From assembly GCF_009914755.1 (NCBI RefSeq), contig NC_060936.1: DNA of 64,000 bases; one strand, 5' to 3'. This stretch comes from the human T2T-CHM13v2.0 reference genome, Homo sapiens. The notes under the pieces are model-generated. The model did not search any database and was not told the DNA's origin. It saw only the letters and a program-made list of their open reading frames with translations. Each line of letters begins with the position of its first letter. Position 1 is the first letter of the stretch. The translations under genes and the position numbers were made by a program. Shown here one piece after another: positions 1 to 19,638 of this stretch.

Positions 1-229
1 TAGCCAGGATACAATTAAAATATCACTCAGATAATTTAGCATTTCATGCTAAGTGTGACCACAATGACAGCTGCATTGCATGGTATAAGTCTTAGAGTCA
101 TTGTAGACCCTTCACATATCATTCATCACTTAAATATTAATGATTTTACCTCTCACATATTTCTTATATACAGCCCTTTCTCTATAGTCCTGTTGCTAGT
201 TGCTCCAGTTCAAGCTCTTATCATTCTAA

Positions 230-1245
<1,016 letters not shown>

Positions 1246-1299
1246 AGAGGAGGCCCTCCTCATTTTTCGCCAAAATTATGTGATCCCTCTGTGCTGTAT

Positions 1300-1707
1300 A
1301 TTGATGGTTAGTCCCACTGCATTTCCTTCCTTCCCTTCTCCATTCTGCTTTGGGCTTACTAGGTTCACTGGGGTGGACTATGTCAGTCTGGTCCTCTGGT
1401 GTCTGGTTGGGTTAGTCAAGGGGGAGTCAGTCCTGCAGGAGATCTGAAAAGGGTGAAGAATGAGGTCCAGGGCTATTTCCACTTAGTTTCCTCCCCATAG
1501 TTTACCCTCCTCTAGGACATGCTCTGTTCCTCAATGGAAGGTCAGGCAGACCATCTCTCAGGCTGAAGCTCTGGGTTTTGTAACTGCCTCCACCCTTTGT
1601 TTGCTTCAAGATTAAGGATTGAAAAAACATCCCTTGTAGTTTCCCTACACTCTTTACATTCTTCCCAAACCTTTGTAAACTCTCTTCACGTTTCCCAATT
1701 TGAATGT
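1300..1707 (+). mobile_element. ERVL-type LTR relic (LTR33-like)
   Basis: Motifs 'ctctggtgtctggttgggttagtcaagggg...caggagatctg' resemble the LTR33 family. Confidence 0.45.
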
Positions 1708-2280
1708 TGTATTGGGCTGTCCCTCTGTTGCTATAAAGAAATACCTGAGACTGGGTAATTTATTTTATTTTTATTTATTTATTGATTGATTTTTAAAATT
1801 TTATTATTATTATACTTTAAGTTTTAGGGTACATGTGCACAACGTGCAGGTTTGTTACATATGTATACATGTGCCATGTTGGTGTGCTGCACCCATTAAC
1901 TCGTCATTTAGCATTAGGTATATCTCCATTTATAAGAAAAGAGGTTTAGTTGGCTTATGGTTCTGCAGGCTGTACAGGAAGCATACCATTCATCTGCTTC
2001 TGGAAAAGTCTCAGGGGGCTTACAATCATGGTAGAAGCCCAAGGGGGAGCAGGCACATCACATGGTGAAAGCAGGAGCAAGAAAGAGAGAGAGAGAGAGA
2101 GCATGAGGTGCCACACTTTTAAACAGCCAGATCTTGTGAGAACTCACCCTCATGAAGACAGCACCAAGCTATGAGTGATCTGCCCCCATGATCCAAACAC
2201 CTTCTACCAGGCTCTGTCTCCATCATTGGGGATTACGATTCAACATGAGATTTGGGCAGGGGCAAATATTCAGACTTCCC
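1708..2280 (-). mobile_element. MaLR solo LTR (MSTA/MSTB-like), split by an L1 fragment
   Basis: 'tgtatt...gctataaagaaatacctgagactgggtaattta' resumes at 1928 with 'atttataagaaaagaggttt...ttcaacatgagatttggg'. Confidence 0.9.
1764..1927 (-). mobile_element. 5'-truncated L1PA 3' end (~L1PA4-5) inserted in the MST LTR
   Basis: 'ttattattatactttaagttttagggtacatgtgcacaacgtgcagg...' with a T-rich tail. Short TSD atttat at 1758-1763 and 1928-1933. Confidence 0.92.
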
Positions 2281-2829
2281 ACTAAGAGCCTTACCGCGCA
2301 GTCTTCTACTGCACTGTTTGGAACTTTCTTTCCTATTTTCTCTCAGTTGCAGATACTGCTCACTGGTCTTCAATACAGTCTCAACCCTGACTACTTCTTG
2401 TGTCAGACCTGACCCAGGCAGAAAGAACACTGGATGCCAAAGGCATCAGGGAACTGGATCTAAGATGAGCTGTTCTGCTCTGCAGCTAGTCCTCCAGCAT
2501 GCCTGGGGATTTTCCTTTACTCCCACATCACTGGCATAGCTTGTGCCAGCTGAATTCTGCCTTGGTTTTCTGCTTTGCATTCTCATCTCCATTTGGGATG
2601 GAGTCTTTCACTGACCCAGTATTTTTTTTTTTTTTTTCAGTAGGGCTGTAAGGCTCTAAAATATCGCTTCACTCTGCTGGTACCCTTCTCCAGAATGTTG
2701 GACCCTCACCCTCAGATCCCCATTTATTTTCTGAAATCATGTTTGGGATAGAATGGTTCTCCCAGGTGGGCCATCTTTCTTCAGTTTGCCCTTCCACACC
2801 CCTCCCCACCCAGTTCTTCTTTGTTTTCC

Positions 2830-3240
2830 CTTCCCCTCTCCATACTGACCCATGTGAACTTATCATCCCTTGCCTTCTGGCTTCTAGCTGGGTTTGGCTA
2901 ATGGGGAATGCTGGCAGGAGATTCAAGGGAGTGACTGAGTGAGATAGGAATATTTATACCACTAGCTTCCTCCCTTTGGGGTTACCTTGAGCTGCTCACT
3001 TCTTTCCACTGAAGGTCAGAGCTCCTCTCCAGGTGGTCCTCTGCTTCCAGAGGATGTTCTTGGAACTGTTCCCACTCTTCACCCTTTCTGGCCTAGGGTA
3101 GATTACAGCCTAGCTGAGCACTGGGGTATTGCATTCTTTGTTGTGGTCTAGTCTTACATTGTTAAAAATAATCCTTTTATCAAACCTTCTTCAATTATCC
3201 TAACCTGACTGTGATGAATGCTTCCTTCTGTGACCCTGAA
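2830..3240 (+). mobile_element. ERVL-type LTR relic (LTR33-like)
   Basis: 'ccttgccttctggcttctagctgggtttggctaatgggga...caggagat...tatttatacc' matches recalled LTR33 motifs. Confidence 0.55.
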
Positions 3241-6200
3241 TGAAGCAGCTTCTATGGACAGCCCTTTCTGCCTTGGTGGATCATCTAGCGTCTGAAACAT
3301 TTTGCTAGACTCAGTGGATCTGATACTGATGACAGCTGCAACCAAGCTTGAGGATCACTGTGCTATTTTGCAGTGGTCATTTGATTGTAGACTACTTCTT
3401 TGGGCACCAGCCCTATACCTGGGTCAGTTTCTCCCAGCTTTGTCCCTGCCCAGTCCTAGACTCATTCCCCTCATCACCTACCCTGTTAAAGTATCAGCAT
3501 GCCTTGTGCAGAAGCAATGGTTGCGCAAGTGAAAACACAAGTCTCCCTATCTGTAAGCTACGTGAGACAGACTTTTGGTTTAGACCTGTCCCTTGTGATA
3601 TCAGGACAGACCCCAGAAAAGTCTTCTAATCCCATGCTACTATGGATGTAAGGATGTGTCTAAAATATTCATACATATACCACCAAAGACATGCTTTTTA
3701 ATATGAAAGTACAATTTAGTTTGCTAATTTAAATTTGCAGTTGGTTTAGATATTGAAACATTAGTATAATAAGCTTAATTCTGCTAGCATTTACTGTCAA
3801 GAATATCCCGTACCTACTTGATTACCCTGTAAATCTCTCCATCTATGGAGATATTTGAAAGTGTTTTAAAAATTGAGCTAATAGATTACTAGTCATGTTT
3901 TAATATTTTCAGCTTATCATTGTTTTTAAAATAATAAAATTTTCACATAGTTCAGCAATGTTACTTTGTGAATATCTTAAGTTGTGTCAGATTCAAAGGA
4001 TAATTCATAGTGAATTGCTCTAAATTGCAATATGTTACTTTGAAGCCTTTTTTGAGTAAGCTTGCCTTATGAGATCATTACATTTGGAGTTTTCTAGTAT
4101 GTTATTTTTGTAGCATATTAACTCTACTTGTTGGTAATGTTTGAATTCTGTAATTTTTGGTGGGATATTACCTATTATGATGTTTTAGAATTGCTATTTC
4201 TACTTAGTTTTGAGTTGGTATATGCATGATTTGACAGGCTTTGCTATTTGGCTTATGTTAAATGACTGATTGTCTTGGTCATTTCCTAATGAGCTTGTGT
4301 TTATTTCTGTTGAGGTTGGCATTAATAGATCTTCTCAGAAAATATGCCAAGGACTGACCTGGAATAGACTCTAAGTGAATTTTCAGCTTTGAGGATATTT
4401 CTTCTATGTCAGGATTGAGGCCAGCTAGTACCACCGTGTACTAGGACAGAATTGTCAATGACCACCTTTTTCCTATTCTGTGAATTAAAGGGACCATCGA
4501 AACTACTTAGTCAAAGATATTAAATAAATTTATTAGTTAGAAGACAAGCAACATCTAGGATCTCATTTGGCATATTCTAAGGCCCAATGCACTTATAGTA
4601 AAGACAGATAGAGGAGGAATTTTCAGTAGAGATCATAAACAATTGTGTGAATTTCTGCTTATAGCCAGTGTTTTAATATTGAGGGCTAGCTGTTTATTTG
4701 CTTATTGGTTATTCTTTTGTTGTTGTCTATTTGACCCTTATTTGCTATATACGCAGTTATTAAAGATTAAAAGAAGAGAAAACATTCAGGAGAAAAGCTA
4801 TAAATAACTTGATAAAGTTAAGTTTTAATTTCGTCCCAGTTAATTTGAGCTGTCAGTATCCCTTTGCGATTTGAAGTACATGGAATATTAGTGTTTGGAG
4901 AGACCCTAGAAATGATTGGTTGAGCTCTGATTTATTGATTAGGAAAGTGCTTGAACAGTTTACAACTTTACTAGGGCTTAATTTTGCTAATAATTTTATC
5001 CTGTTTTGTAAAAATAGCTGTGATAAAATAATGTAATAATTCTGCTTACAGATACGTTTTTAAAAATTGTTGGGAGAGGCAGTATACCATTTTGTCTGCT
5101 GTTGTTTTACATGACCAAACTCATAATAATAAAATGAGGATAACTGCACAGATATCAGGAGCCTGAAAGAGGTCTAACTAATTAAATACTAGGATTTCTT
5201 GCCCCTGCTCCCTGAGTTTTATTAAAATTTCTGCTTCTCTACTGCTAGATTTCTTGTTGACTTGGTCTAGTTTATTGCTAGCCCTTGACCTGGGAATCTA
5301 CGCTATTTAACTTTGTTGTGTTATACAATATAGAAGGCAAGTGGAAAAATGCAAAGGAGCCTCATGGCAAATGAGATTTGGACTTCCCCAGACATCTTTA
5401 TCTAGCCGTGCAAACCAACCTGTTAGTGGAAACACCCTAAGTCCTGTGCCCATATCTTAGCTTCCAGATATAATGTGGCTGTGAAGTAGCAGGGGCAGGG
5501 AAAAGTAATCAGGTCATTTGTAGAAACATTTCTTCTCACTTTGATACCTGAAAATTGAAAGCTGACAATTTAACCACTGACAATGAGAATGCTGTCACGA
5601 TGCTAATGTTCAGGCAGGTTCCTTTCTAATAGTCATGTTTTATTAGAGCAGTACCCCTTTATTCCCCAAAGATGGGGAAAACATACAGTGATGCTATGGA
5701 CTTCTGAGAAATACCTTCTGCTCAGATTGAATACCTAGGTGACAAAGTGAGAATGTATTAATTCATGGACTAGGTACATAGTTGGCCCTTTTGATAATCG
5801 AATCAAGAGACTACCTTGATAGTCTACCTTGTCTTCCTTAAAGTAGGTTTATAGCTTACCTTAAGGCTAAAATCAATTTAAGTAAAGATAGTGAGAACCC
5901 TGGCTGAAAATCTCTCCGAACTCCTAACATTGACTTAGCCTGCCTAAAGTAGCTGAGCACCAGGTGTTTTCACCCTGCCTCATTTTTCTTATCAGCCAGC
6001 CTCCCAGGCTGTTAACTTATGACAGTTGAGACTCTTCAATATTGAGGTCAGAGGAAAACTGGTCCAGGACTGAAGCTGAATATTATTAGCATGCTGCTGA
6101 TACCATCCTGAGGTACCAAATCACTGACCCCAGCTTTAGAAAATATTAAATAGTTTTCAGGCCTAAGGACAGGACACATGATTTGGGTCTTTGAAGTTGA

Positions 6201-6319
6201 TACTTTTATGTCAAATTTAGCTTTGGGATACAAGTGAACTGACATAACTAATTGCCTTAGTTGCCGAAAATGTGGCTTTAAAGCAGGAAAATATCAGTTA
6301 CTGTTTAAGTCAAATTATA

Positions 6320-6540
6320 CTATGAAAGCTTTGCACTTACAAAATGATTTCACATGCATTGTCTCCACTGATTCTCCTAATAATCCAGCAGTGCAGGCCA
6401 GGAGATAGTTTCATTCTATTTCACAGATGACAAATTGGAGAGCTATAAAGGCTGAGAGATTTTCCCATGGATACTGTGGAGTTGATATCTGATCTTCTGG
6501 CTCCTAGTCCAGCACTCTTTCCACTGTGCTACACTGTCTG
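6320..6540 (-). mobile_element. MIR fragment
   Basis: 'ctattttcacagatgacaaattggagagct' is MIR-core-like. Confidence 0.6.
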
Positions 6541-6869
6541 TCTGAGAGAGATAGACCTTCAATCAGCCAGCCAGCCAGCCAGCCTATCAGCTAAGTGGGC
6601 TGTGCACATAGGGGATCCAGAGCTATGTATTAGTCATTGTACACCAGGCACATATTGCTTTTCTCTTTGTAAATCCAAAATGACTAGGTAAAGAATTTCA
6701 TCTGTTTGGTAATCATGTTGGTTAAAATGTGCACAATGCAACAAATTTACAAATTAATTATCCTGAAAACTTTGGACGAAAATTACATTCCACATTGTGC
6801 TTGTTTATTATAATTTAAAAATATATTTGTTGAAATTTTTCTATGGGTTATTCTTTCCATTTCTTTTAG

Positions 6870-6911
6870 GTGAATGAAACAACTCATTTACTTTGAACTT
6901 CTTGAAAGACT
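6870..6911 (+). other. Candidate 42-nt exon (non-coding/5'UTR or start-containing)
   Basis: Acceptor ttctttccatttcttttag|G and donor ACT|gtaagt. All three read-through frames hit a stop. An internal ATG at 6874 gives MKQLIYFELLER-. Confidence 0.5.
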
Positions 6912-6916
6912 GTAAG

Positions 6917-6919
<3 letters not shown>

Positions 6920-6947
<28 letters not shown>
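6920..6947 (+). repeat. (AC)14 microsatellite
   Basis: Direct read, starting 8 nt after the candidate exon end. Confidence 0.98.
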
Positions 6948-6951
<4 letters not shown>

Positions 6952-8920
6952 TGTCCTATGGTCTGTGTTTCCACATTTTAAAAAAAATCTATTTAGTGAT
7001 CAGAAAGGCAGTGCATTTTGGTATCTATAATGCAAAGAAGGAAAACATGAATAGACCTAGAGTTTTAAAGTCAATACATTATTATCTAATCCTATATTAT
7101 TAAAAGAAGGAAGAATAAAAAGAATAAAGAGAGAAGGAAAGGAAGAAAGGGAGGAAGAAAAAAGTGGAAACTGGACAAATAGAAGTCTGAAATAAAGAAT
7201 AAACAATAAAGAAATAATAAAGCCTGTGTCAACTATTTATTTTGTAATTTCACGTGCCTGCTAATGTAAAGATACTAACTTTGCTATTGTAGAGATCTAA
7301 GGCATATATTAGCTTTGTTTTCCTGTATTCTTGTTCATTTTTGCTCTCTGAAAGCTTCCCCTTTTTTCTTCCACAAATGTGGTTTCATATCTGGTGTAGC
7401 ATAAGTATTACCTGTCCTCCACTTAGCCTACCAGACATTCCACGGTATTTATAAATAGTTTAAATTTTTAGTTTTTATTTTGCCCTATTGCTTTCTCCAA
7501 TAACAGCCCTGACCTCAAAGATCACAGAGATGAGTTTAAGAGTTGGAAAAAATAAACATAGGCATCCCCTAACTAAGGTGGCTCCTAGTACTAAATACAT
7601 AAATTTTATGCTCAAGACATAGATGTTGAAGAATAAATACCCTAAGGGTGGCAAATATTAGGGTGACTGGCCCTTCTGCCCACATTTTTTTAGTGGTTAT
7701 GGCTCTTTGGGGGTTCTTAGGAAACAAAGAAACACAGAGACTATTTAGCAGGAAAAATCTTAGGAAATTTTACTTACCATACAGTGCTTATCATACAGTA
7801 CAGTCAGACACTAACCTGGATTAAATCTGATTCTAAGGAAGTTTCATAAAGATTTTGAATTTATGCTTCCAGTACAGAAGCAAAAGATATATGATTGGCA
7901 CCTCCAGCAAGAACTCTGCATGTTGAGACATGGTGATATTAATACAACAGTTCAGGGATATTATCAGTTAAGCAGATTTTTGTAGGATGCCACAAGGACT
8001 TAACTGTCAGGTAAAACATTGATAGATCATGAAAGGGGAAGGTTGGCAGTTTCTCATGGACTGTATGCTGTTATGTTTGTAAAAGCACAATGGCTGAACA
8101 CTGAGGGAATGAAAAATTATGGTTATACTGCTCTGGAATTTAAATGAAAGACAGCACTCATAGAGGGGAGGAGGTAGAGGTGAACATTAGGCCTGAATTC
8201 CAAATTTCATGGTAGGATATGGGCTGGGGAAACTCACTTGGATTCTAGGACTTGCTGCAGACCATCCAAGAAAAATGTGTCTTTTGGCCATCATTTCAGA
8301 AATAGCACACATCAGAAATTCCAATCAATTGGGTGGGGCACGTTGGCAGATACTATGGTGATCAAAACTCTTTTTTCATTTATTTGCTTGTTTGTTTATT
8401 TAATTTTTATAGCAGCAGATCTTGGGAGTCTTGGGTTACTTAAAAGGACATGGAAACTGTTAGAATGAAATTTTTCAACCATATGACATTCATTATGTCA
8501 TGGAAGTCAGGTAAAGCCCTAGTTCAAACTAACATAAAATTTTTACCAAGAATTTTAAAGCTCTAATATTGAAACATTTTTCTGAATATATAATTCCATC
8601 CCTCTCCTGGTTATCCAGGCAGCCCATTTAACAAAAAGAGCAATGTTTCTTGTCCAGGGACTTTGAACACTTCTTTGTTACTTACAGACTTTCAACATTA
8701 TGAAATCTTATCAGAAGCTTACATATCACTTCCATCAGAGACAGCTGGAGATAGCAGAAATGTTCAAAAGTGACTACTTAGGGCAACAGAAACAACCAAA
8801 GGAACACAAAAATCAGTATCTGGCAATTCTTGGCCCTTTGCTTTAGGGTGACAGCAAACTTCTGGTAGAAAAGTGGAGACAAGTTGGTTTGCTTTTTCTT
8901 TTTTGACTGTTAAAAATTCA

Positions 8921-9254
<334 letters not shown>

Positions 9255-10420
9255 TTAATTTAGCAATATCATTCAATATCAAGAATGTCCAAAATCAATC
9301 TATAGTGATAGATCCCAAGTGACTGCTCTGGGCTTAACCTCAAAATACTTAGGTTTGATGCAACACTCATTTGAAGGCACAATAGGCAATGGGCATGTAA
9401 TTATATAGAAACGTATGCTTTGGGGATTGCTATTTTAACTGGCGCTGCAAAGACTGCAGTGCATTTGTGGTACCAGGGAGCAAGAATGTCTGATGGATGT
9501 TGAGAGTTCTAAGGAACCCTGCTTGTATTTCACTGTGTTCTGTGTAATGTCTCTGGCTTCTGTCAAACAAGTAAATAGATCAGCATTTTCCAGCTTTTTT
9601 TTTTTTTAACTTAAACACATCTCAATGAAATATATAATCTATCAAAGTCCCTTAGAAGTTAAAAAAAATTATTTGTGTGATATATGATAAAGAAGTGATT
9701 TTAAAGGCAAGGAAACTTTTCAGATCAGTATGTCTTTAAAGATTATGGTATACATTTACATTCCTTTTCTTCATATTGTTTTTATATGCATTGTGCAATA
9801 GTCACTATACATTTAAATGTACCTTTAAGCTTTAGAAAATGTTTAATTTTCCTGAATTTTATTGTAAGAGAAAAGGTGATACAGATAGCCCTCGGAGGTG
9901 AAATATAAGCAGGGAAAAAACATGATTTACTGATAAATCAGTTAAAAATAATAGTACATCATGTTTCATTTGGGACTAAATAGATATTGCAGCATACACT
10001 AAAATTTAACTTCATTTCATGCATCAAACCTTGACAAAAAAGTGCTTTTGTACCTATACTTAGAATTCTTACATTTTGCTTTATAAAAAGCTAGCTTATT
10101 TTTGTAATTTTTGTCTTTTGTTTCTAAATGGTAGGGTAAGAGAGAAATTTTCAAGCTGCTATTTCTAAGCACTTATCCACAAATAACATATTGAGGGTTT
10201 ATAAAGTCTTTATTCATAACAAATTATGAGTCAAATTGAATAAAATGTTATCGTATTTTCTTTTTCAACAATGGTTTTTAAAACGCTAGAAGTACATTGA
10301 TGTGCCAGCTAAAATTTTTGATCGGATGCATGCAATTTATAAATTCAGTGTTGATTATCTTGAAGAAAATTTTCAGAATTATCATTTTTATACTCCTTAA
10401 CAAAATTATACATTGCAAAC

Positions 10421-10793
10421 TGCTAAGATTTGAATTCTTCCTCAAAACTCATGATGAAATTTAGTTGCCAGTGTAACAGTATTGGGTGATGAGGCCTTTA
10501 AAAGGTAGGTCGTGAGGACAAAGTCCTTCATTAATCCATTAATGGATTAAAGCCGTTATTGAGGGAGTGGGCTATGGATAAAACGGTGAAGTTTGGCCCC
10601 CATTTCTCTTTCTGTCTTGTGCGTTTGCTTGCCCTTTTGCCACAGGATAACACAACATAAAGGCCCTCACAAGATGCCAGAGCCATGCTGTTGGACTTCC
10701 TGGTCTTCAGAACTGTGAGAAATATATTTCTTTTCTTTATAAATTACTCAGTCTTCAGTGTTCTGTTACAGTGGCAGTAAATGGGCTAAGACA
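10421..10793 (+). mobile_element. MaLR solo LTR (MSTC/MSTD-like)
   Basis: TG...CA ends. 'aaggccctcacaagatgccag...ttggacttcc...ttctttataaattactcagt...gggctaagaca'. Confidence 0.88.
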
Positions 10794-10829
10794 GAAATAA
10801 TAGAATTCTATTCTTAAAAAAGAGGTAAA

Positions 10830-11290
10830 AAGAGAATTGACTAGACTATTCTGGGGTGACTCACACCATCAAAGAAATCTCAAGGACCAGGTTTGTAAAG
10901 GAGTAAAAATCTGGGAACTCTTAAGATCTTGTGAGCAGTAGCTAATTAATAGTTCTATCAGAGTGTCATCACAGAGATGAATCAGCATCTGTGATTTTTT
11001 TCCTATCCTTGGCCAATTCACTTTCTTGGGCAAGAATAAGGATTGGCCAGGGGCAGCAGTAACCCAGAATAGGGCAATCCAATTCCCTTTCCTGCTTAGG
11101 AAGGGAAGAGGATTGGATTGCCCTATTCTGGGTTACATGCTCACTGCTTGGCTATGGGAGAGAGGAGTGCCTTGATTGACAATCTCTTTTATTGTACACA
11201 TTATGGAAGAGGTATTGGTATTTTCCCACAAGGAAATTATGGCGCTATCATCAGAAGGTGCTGTGTGAACATGAATAACACGTGCTAACA
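10830..11290 (-). mobile_element. Old MLT1-type LTR relic containing a hairpin
   Basis: 'gattgg...ctgggttacatgctcac' and 'ttcccacaaggaaattatggcgctatcatcagaagg' resemble MLT1J/K/L. Confidence 0.5.
11059..11136. repeat. Perfect 25-bp inverted repeat (78-nt hairpin)
   Basis: gtaacccagaatagggcaatccaat (11059-11083) is the exact reverse complement of attggattgccctattctgggttac (11112-11136). Confidence 0.98.
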
Positions 11291-11892
11291 GGTATGCCTT
11301 TTTGTCCCCAGTCATTCATTCATTACAGGTGTTAAGTTATATAATGTATGACTAAGAATAAAAATTAGAATAAGTAATTGAAGAATACGTACAACATTTG
11401 ATTAATAGTATTAACCTGGGTAATAAATTGACTGAAGCATATCTATCTCATTACCATTGGGTGCTATGAATGTTCCATTGATAAACTTCTTGGAGACTAT
11501 AAGAAGCTTCTTATTTAAAGAAAAACTATTTTAAAGAAACCATTTTAAAGAAAACTATTATTTTACTTATTAGTTTAACATGCCCCCTCCCACTGCGGTA
11601 GTATAGTTTTTAGGCTTCTTGACATTCATTGCACTTTCCCATGGCAGCATTACACCAGTTTTCCATTTGTCTCAGGGGAAAACAACTTCATCTCCAGCAC
11701 CATGGTTGGGCCCTGATGAACTGAAGCCAAGATTTTTCACCTGACCTCAAGGATTAGGTCCCACTGGACCAACCTGGGCCAAAGATGAACAAGTCTATAT
11801 TTTCTGGGGACTTCTGGGGAAGATGAATTCTTGTTTTTTCCTCAGAATTTATGTGAAAAGACACATTTTTTTTTTCCTCTGGGTGGTATGCA

Positions 11893-12251
11893 TGCAATGG
11901 TTTGAATGTATTCCTCATAAAGCATGTGTTGGAAGCTTAATCCCCAATGCAACAGTGTTGCGAGGCAGGGCCTAATGGGAGATATTTGGGTTATGAGGGC
12001 TCTATCCTCATGAATGGATAGAGGCCAATGATAAAAGGCTCAAGACTGTGAGTTTTACCTCTTGCTGTCTCTTGCACTCCCTGTCCCTCACCTTCTGCCA
12101 TAAGATGATGCAGCAATAAAGCCCTTATCAGATGCTGGCCCTTTTATCATGAACTTTCCAGCCTCCAGAACCATGAAAAATAAATTTCTGTTTGTTATAA
12201 GTTGTCCAGTCTCAGGTATTCTGTTATAGCAACACTAAATGAACTAAGGCA
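11893..12251 (+). mobile_element. MaLR solo LTR (MSTD-like)
   Basis: 'tgcaatggtttgaatgt...cttaatccccaatgcaacagtgttg...ccagtctcaggtattctgttatagcaaca...gaactaaggca'. Confidence 0.9.
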
Positions 12252-12701
12252 GTAGCTTACAGATATGAGCCTAACATTGCTGCGGCATTTTGTTAAAATT
12301 AGAGGTGTCAAGTCTAAAGTCAAAGTTGAAACAAGAAGGAGAGTAAATACAATAGAAGTACAGAGAAATGGAGTTGGGGCCCATAGAATCAAACTGCACC
12401 TGAAGCTGTCATTACTTGTGTGCCTTAAATGAGCCCCAAATGTATTTTGTTTATTTATTTTATTTTTTTAATTATTTTTTTTCTTTTCTTTTTATTATTA
12501 TACTTTAAGTTTTAGGGTACATGTGCACATTGTGCAGGTTAGTTACATATGTATACATGTGCCATGCTGGTGCACTGCACCCACTAACTCGTCATCTAGC
12601 ATTAGGTATATCTCCCAATGCTATCCCTCCCCCCTCCCCCCACCCCACAACAGTCCCCAGAGTGTGATGTTCCCCTTCCTGTGTCCATGTGATCTCATTG
12701 T

Positions 12702-16538
<3,837 letters not shown>

Positions 16539-16586
16539 TTATTTTGCTCATTAGTTGATGCAGTTTCTTCCTAGTCTCGATGGTCT

Positions 16587-17600
16587 TTACATTTTGGCAT
16601 GATTTTGCAGCGGCTGGTACCGGTTGTTCCTTTCCATGTTTAGTGCTTCCTTCAGGAGCTCTTTTAGGGCGGGCCTGGTGGTGACAAAATCTCTCAGCAT
16701 TTGCTTGTCTGTAAAGTATTTTATTTCTCCTGCACTTATGAAGCTTAGTTTGGCTGGATATGAAATTCTGGGTTGAAAATTCTTTTCTTTAAGAATGTTG
16801 AATATTGGCCCCCACTCTCTTCTGGCTTGTAGGGTTTCTGCTGAGAGACCCGCTGTTAGTCTGATGGGCTTCCCTTTGAGGGTAACCTGACCTTTCTCTC
16901 TGGCTGCCCTTAACATTTTTTCCTTCATTTCAACTTTGGTGAATCTGACAATTATGTGTCTTGGAGTTGCTCTTCTCGAGGAGTATCTTTGTGGCATTCT
17001 CTGTATTTCCTGAATCTGAACGTTGGCCTGCCTTGCTAGATTGGGGAAGTTCTCCTGGATAATATCCTGCAGAGTGTTTTCCAACTTGGTTCCATTCTCC
17101 CTATCACTTTCAGGTACACCAATCAGATGTAGATTTGGTCTTTTCACATAGTCCCATATTTCTTGGAGGCTTTGCTCGTTTCTTTTTATTCTTTTTTCTC
17201 TAAACTTCCCTTCTCGCTTCATTTCATTCATTTCATCTTCCATTGCTGATACCCTTTCTTCCAGTTGATCACATCAGCTCCTGAGGCTTCTGCATTCTTC
17301 ACGTAGTTCTTGAGCCTTGGTTTTCAGCTCCATCAGCTCCTTTAAGCACTTCTCTGTATTGGTTATTCTAGTTATACATTCTTCTAAATTTTTTTCAAGT
17401 TTCCAACTTCTTTGCCTTTGGTTTGAATGTCCTCCTGTAGCTCAGAGTAATTTGATCGTCTGAAGCCTTCTTCTCTCAGCTCGTCAAAGTCATTCTCCGT
17501 CCAGCTTTGTTCTGTTGCTGGTGAGGAACTGCGTTCCTTTGGAGGAGGAGAGGCGCTCTGCTTTTTAGTTTCCAGTTTTTCTGTTCTGTTTCTTCCCCAT
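16587..17600 (-). pseudogene. L1 ORF1 (RNA-binding protein), disrupted
   Basis: ATG at 17600. Small deletions near 17570 and 17400 and a CGA>TGA stop at ~17274-17276. The C-terminal 218 aa are open (…RYQPLQNHAKM). Confidence 0.95.
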
Positions 17601-18818
<1,218 letters not shown>

Positions 18819-19354
18819 TTGATTTTTTAAGCTAGCTTGAGTTGGGGTTATTGTTATTTGGATCTGAAACCATCATAACTGCTACATTGTCAGAAAAACT
18901 TTGTGAAACCAAGAGTCCATAAATTACTGGCTGAAAAATGCTGGATTACATGATATCAAAGGTCATCTCTCACAATATATACTTTGTGATATTAATCTGG
19001 TAATAGAAGGTAAAATTGAAGACAAGTTGGAGAAATGCGTGTTCAATGTTAGACATGCATTCTGCAGTGAATCTCAGCCTTATTGTCGAAGTATGTTTAT
19101 TGTCTAGTTAGCTACTTTTAATTCAGAGGAAGTTTCTTGATTCATTTATCTTTTTGTGTTTTGTGTAACTATATTTTTCTGGCTTCTTCAACTTTTTTCT
19201 TTTAATACATCATCTTTATGCATAGCGTCAAATTTTATTAATGGTCTCAATTTTTAATTTTTGTTGGGCAACAGGAAATTACAAAACATAATACATATTT
19301 AATAAATGTATATTGAATTAAGGTTATTATCTTATGAGCAATCTATTCCTAAAC

Positions 19355-19638
19355 CAGTAGTTTTCAAATTTGGCTGCCTATGACAATCACTTGGGTAGTT
19401 TTAAAATAGTGGTTCTCAAAGTTTAGTGTACCTGGTGGGCTTGTTAAAAGGTATTTACGCCAGTCACAATTTTCTGATTCAGTAATTCCAGAGCGGGGGA
19501 CCAAATTTTGCATTACTAACTAGTTCCAGGTATTACTGATGCATTGTTCTTGATTATTTGAAACAAAATCTTCTAGGTTGGGATGGTTTTTAAGGCTCCC
19601 CAGATAATTATAACGGAAGGCCAGGCTGAGAACCACCA
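19355..19638. mobile_element. MER5A/MER5A1 hAT relics (apparently nested)
   Basis: Two TIR-like starts, 'cagtagttttcaaa' and 'tagtggttctcaaa', and an end 'tgagaaccac'. Confidence 0.7.

Noticed and set aside
11512-11558. Three ~15-bp tattttaaagaaa units; also a 13-bp duplication near 46771-46804
   Set aside because: Ordinary AT-rich slippage repeats with no unique spacers; not CRISPR-like.
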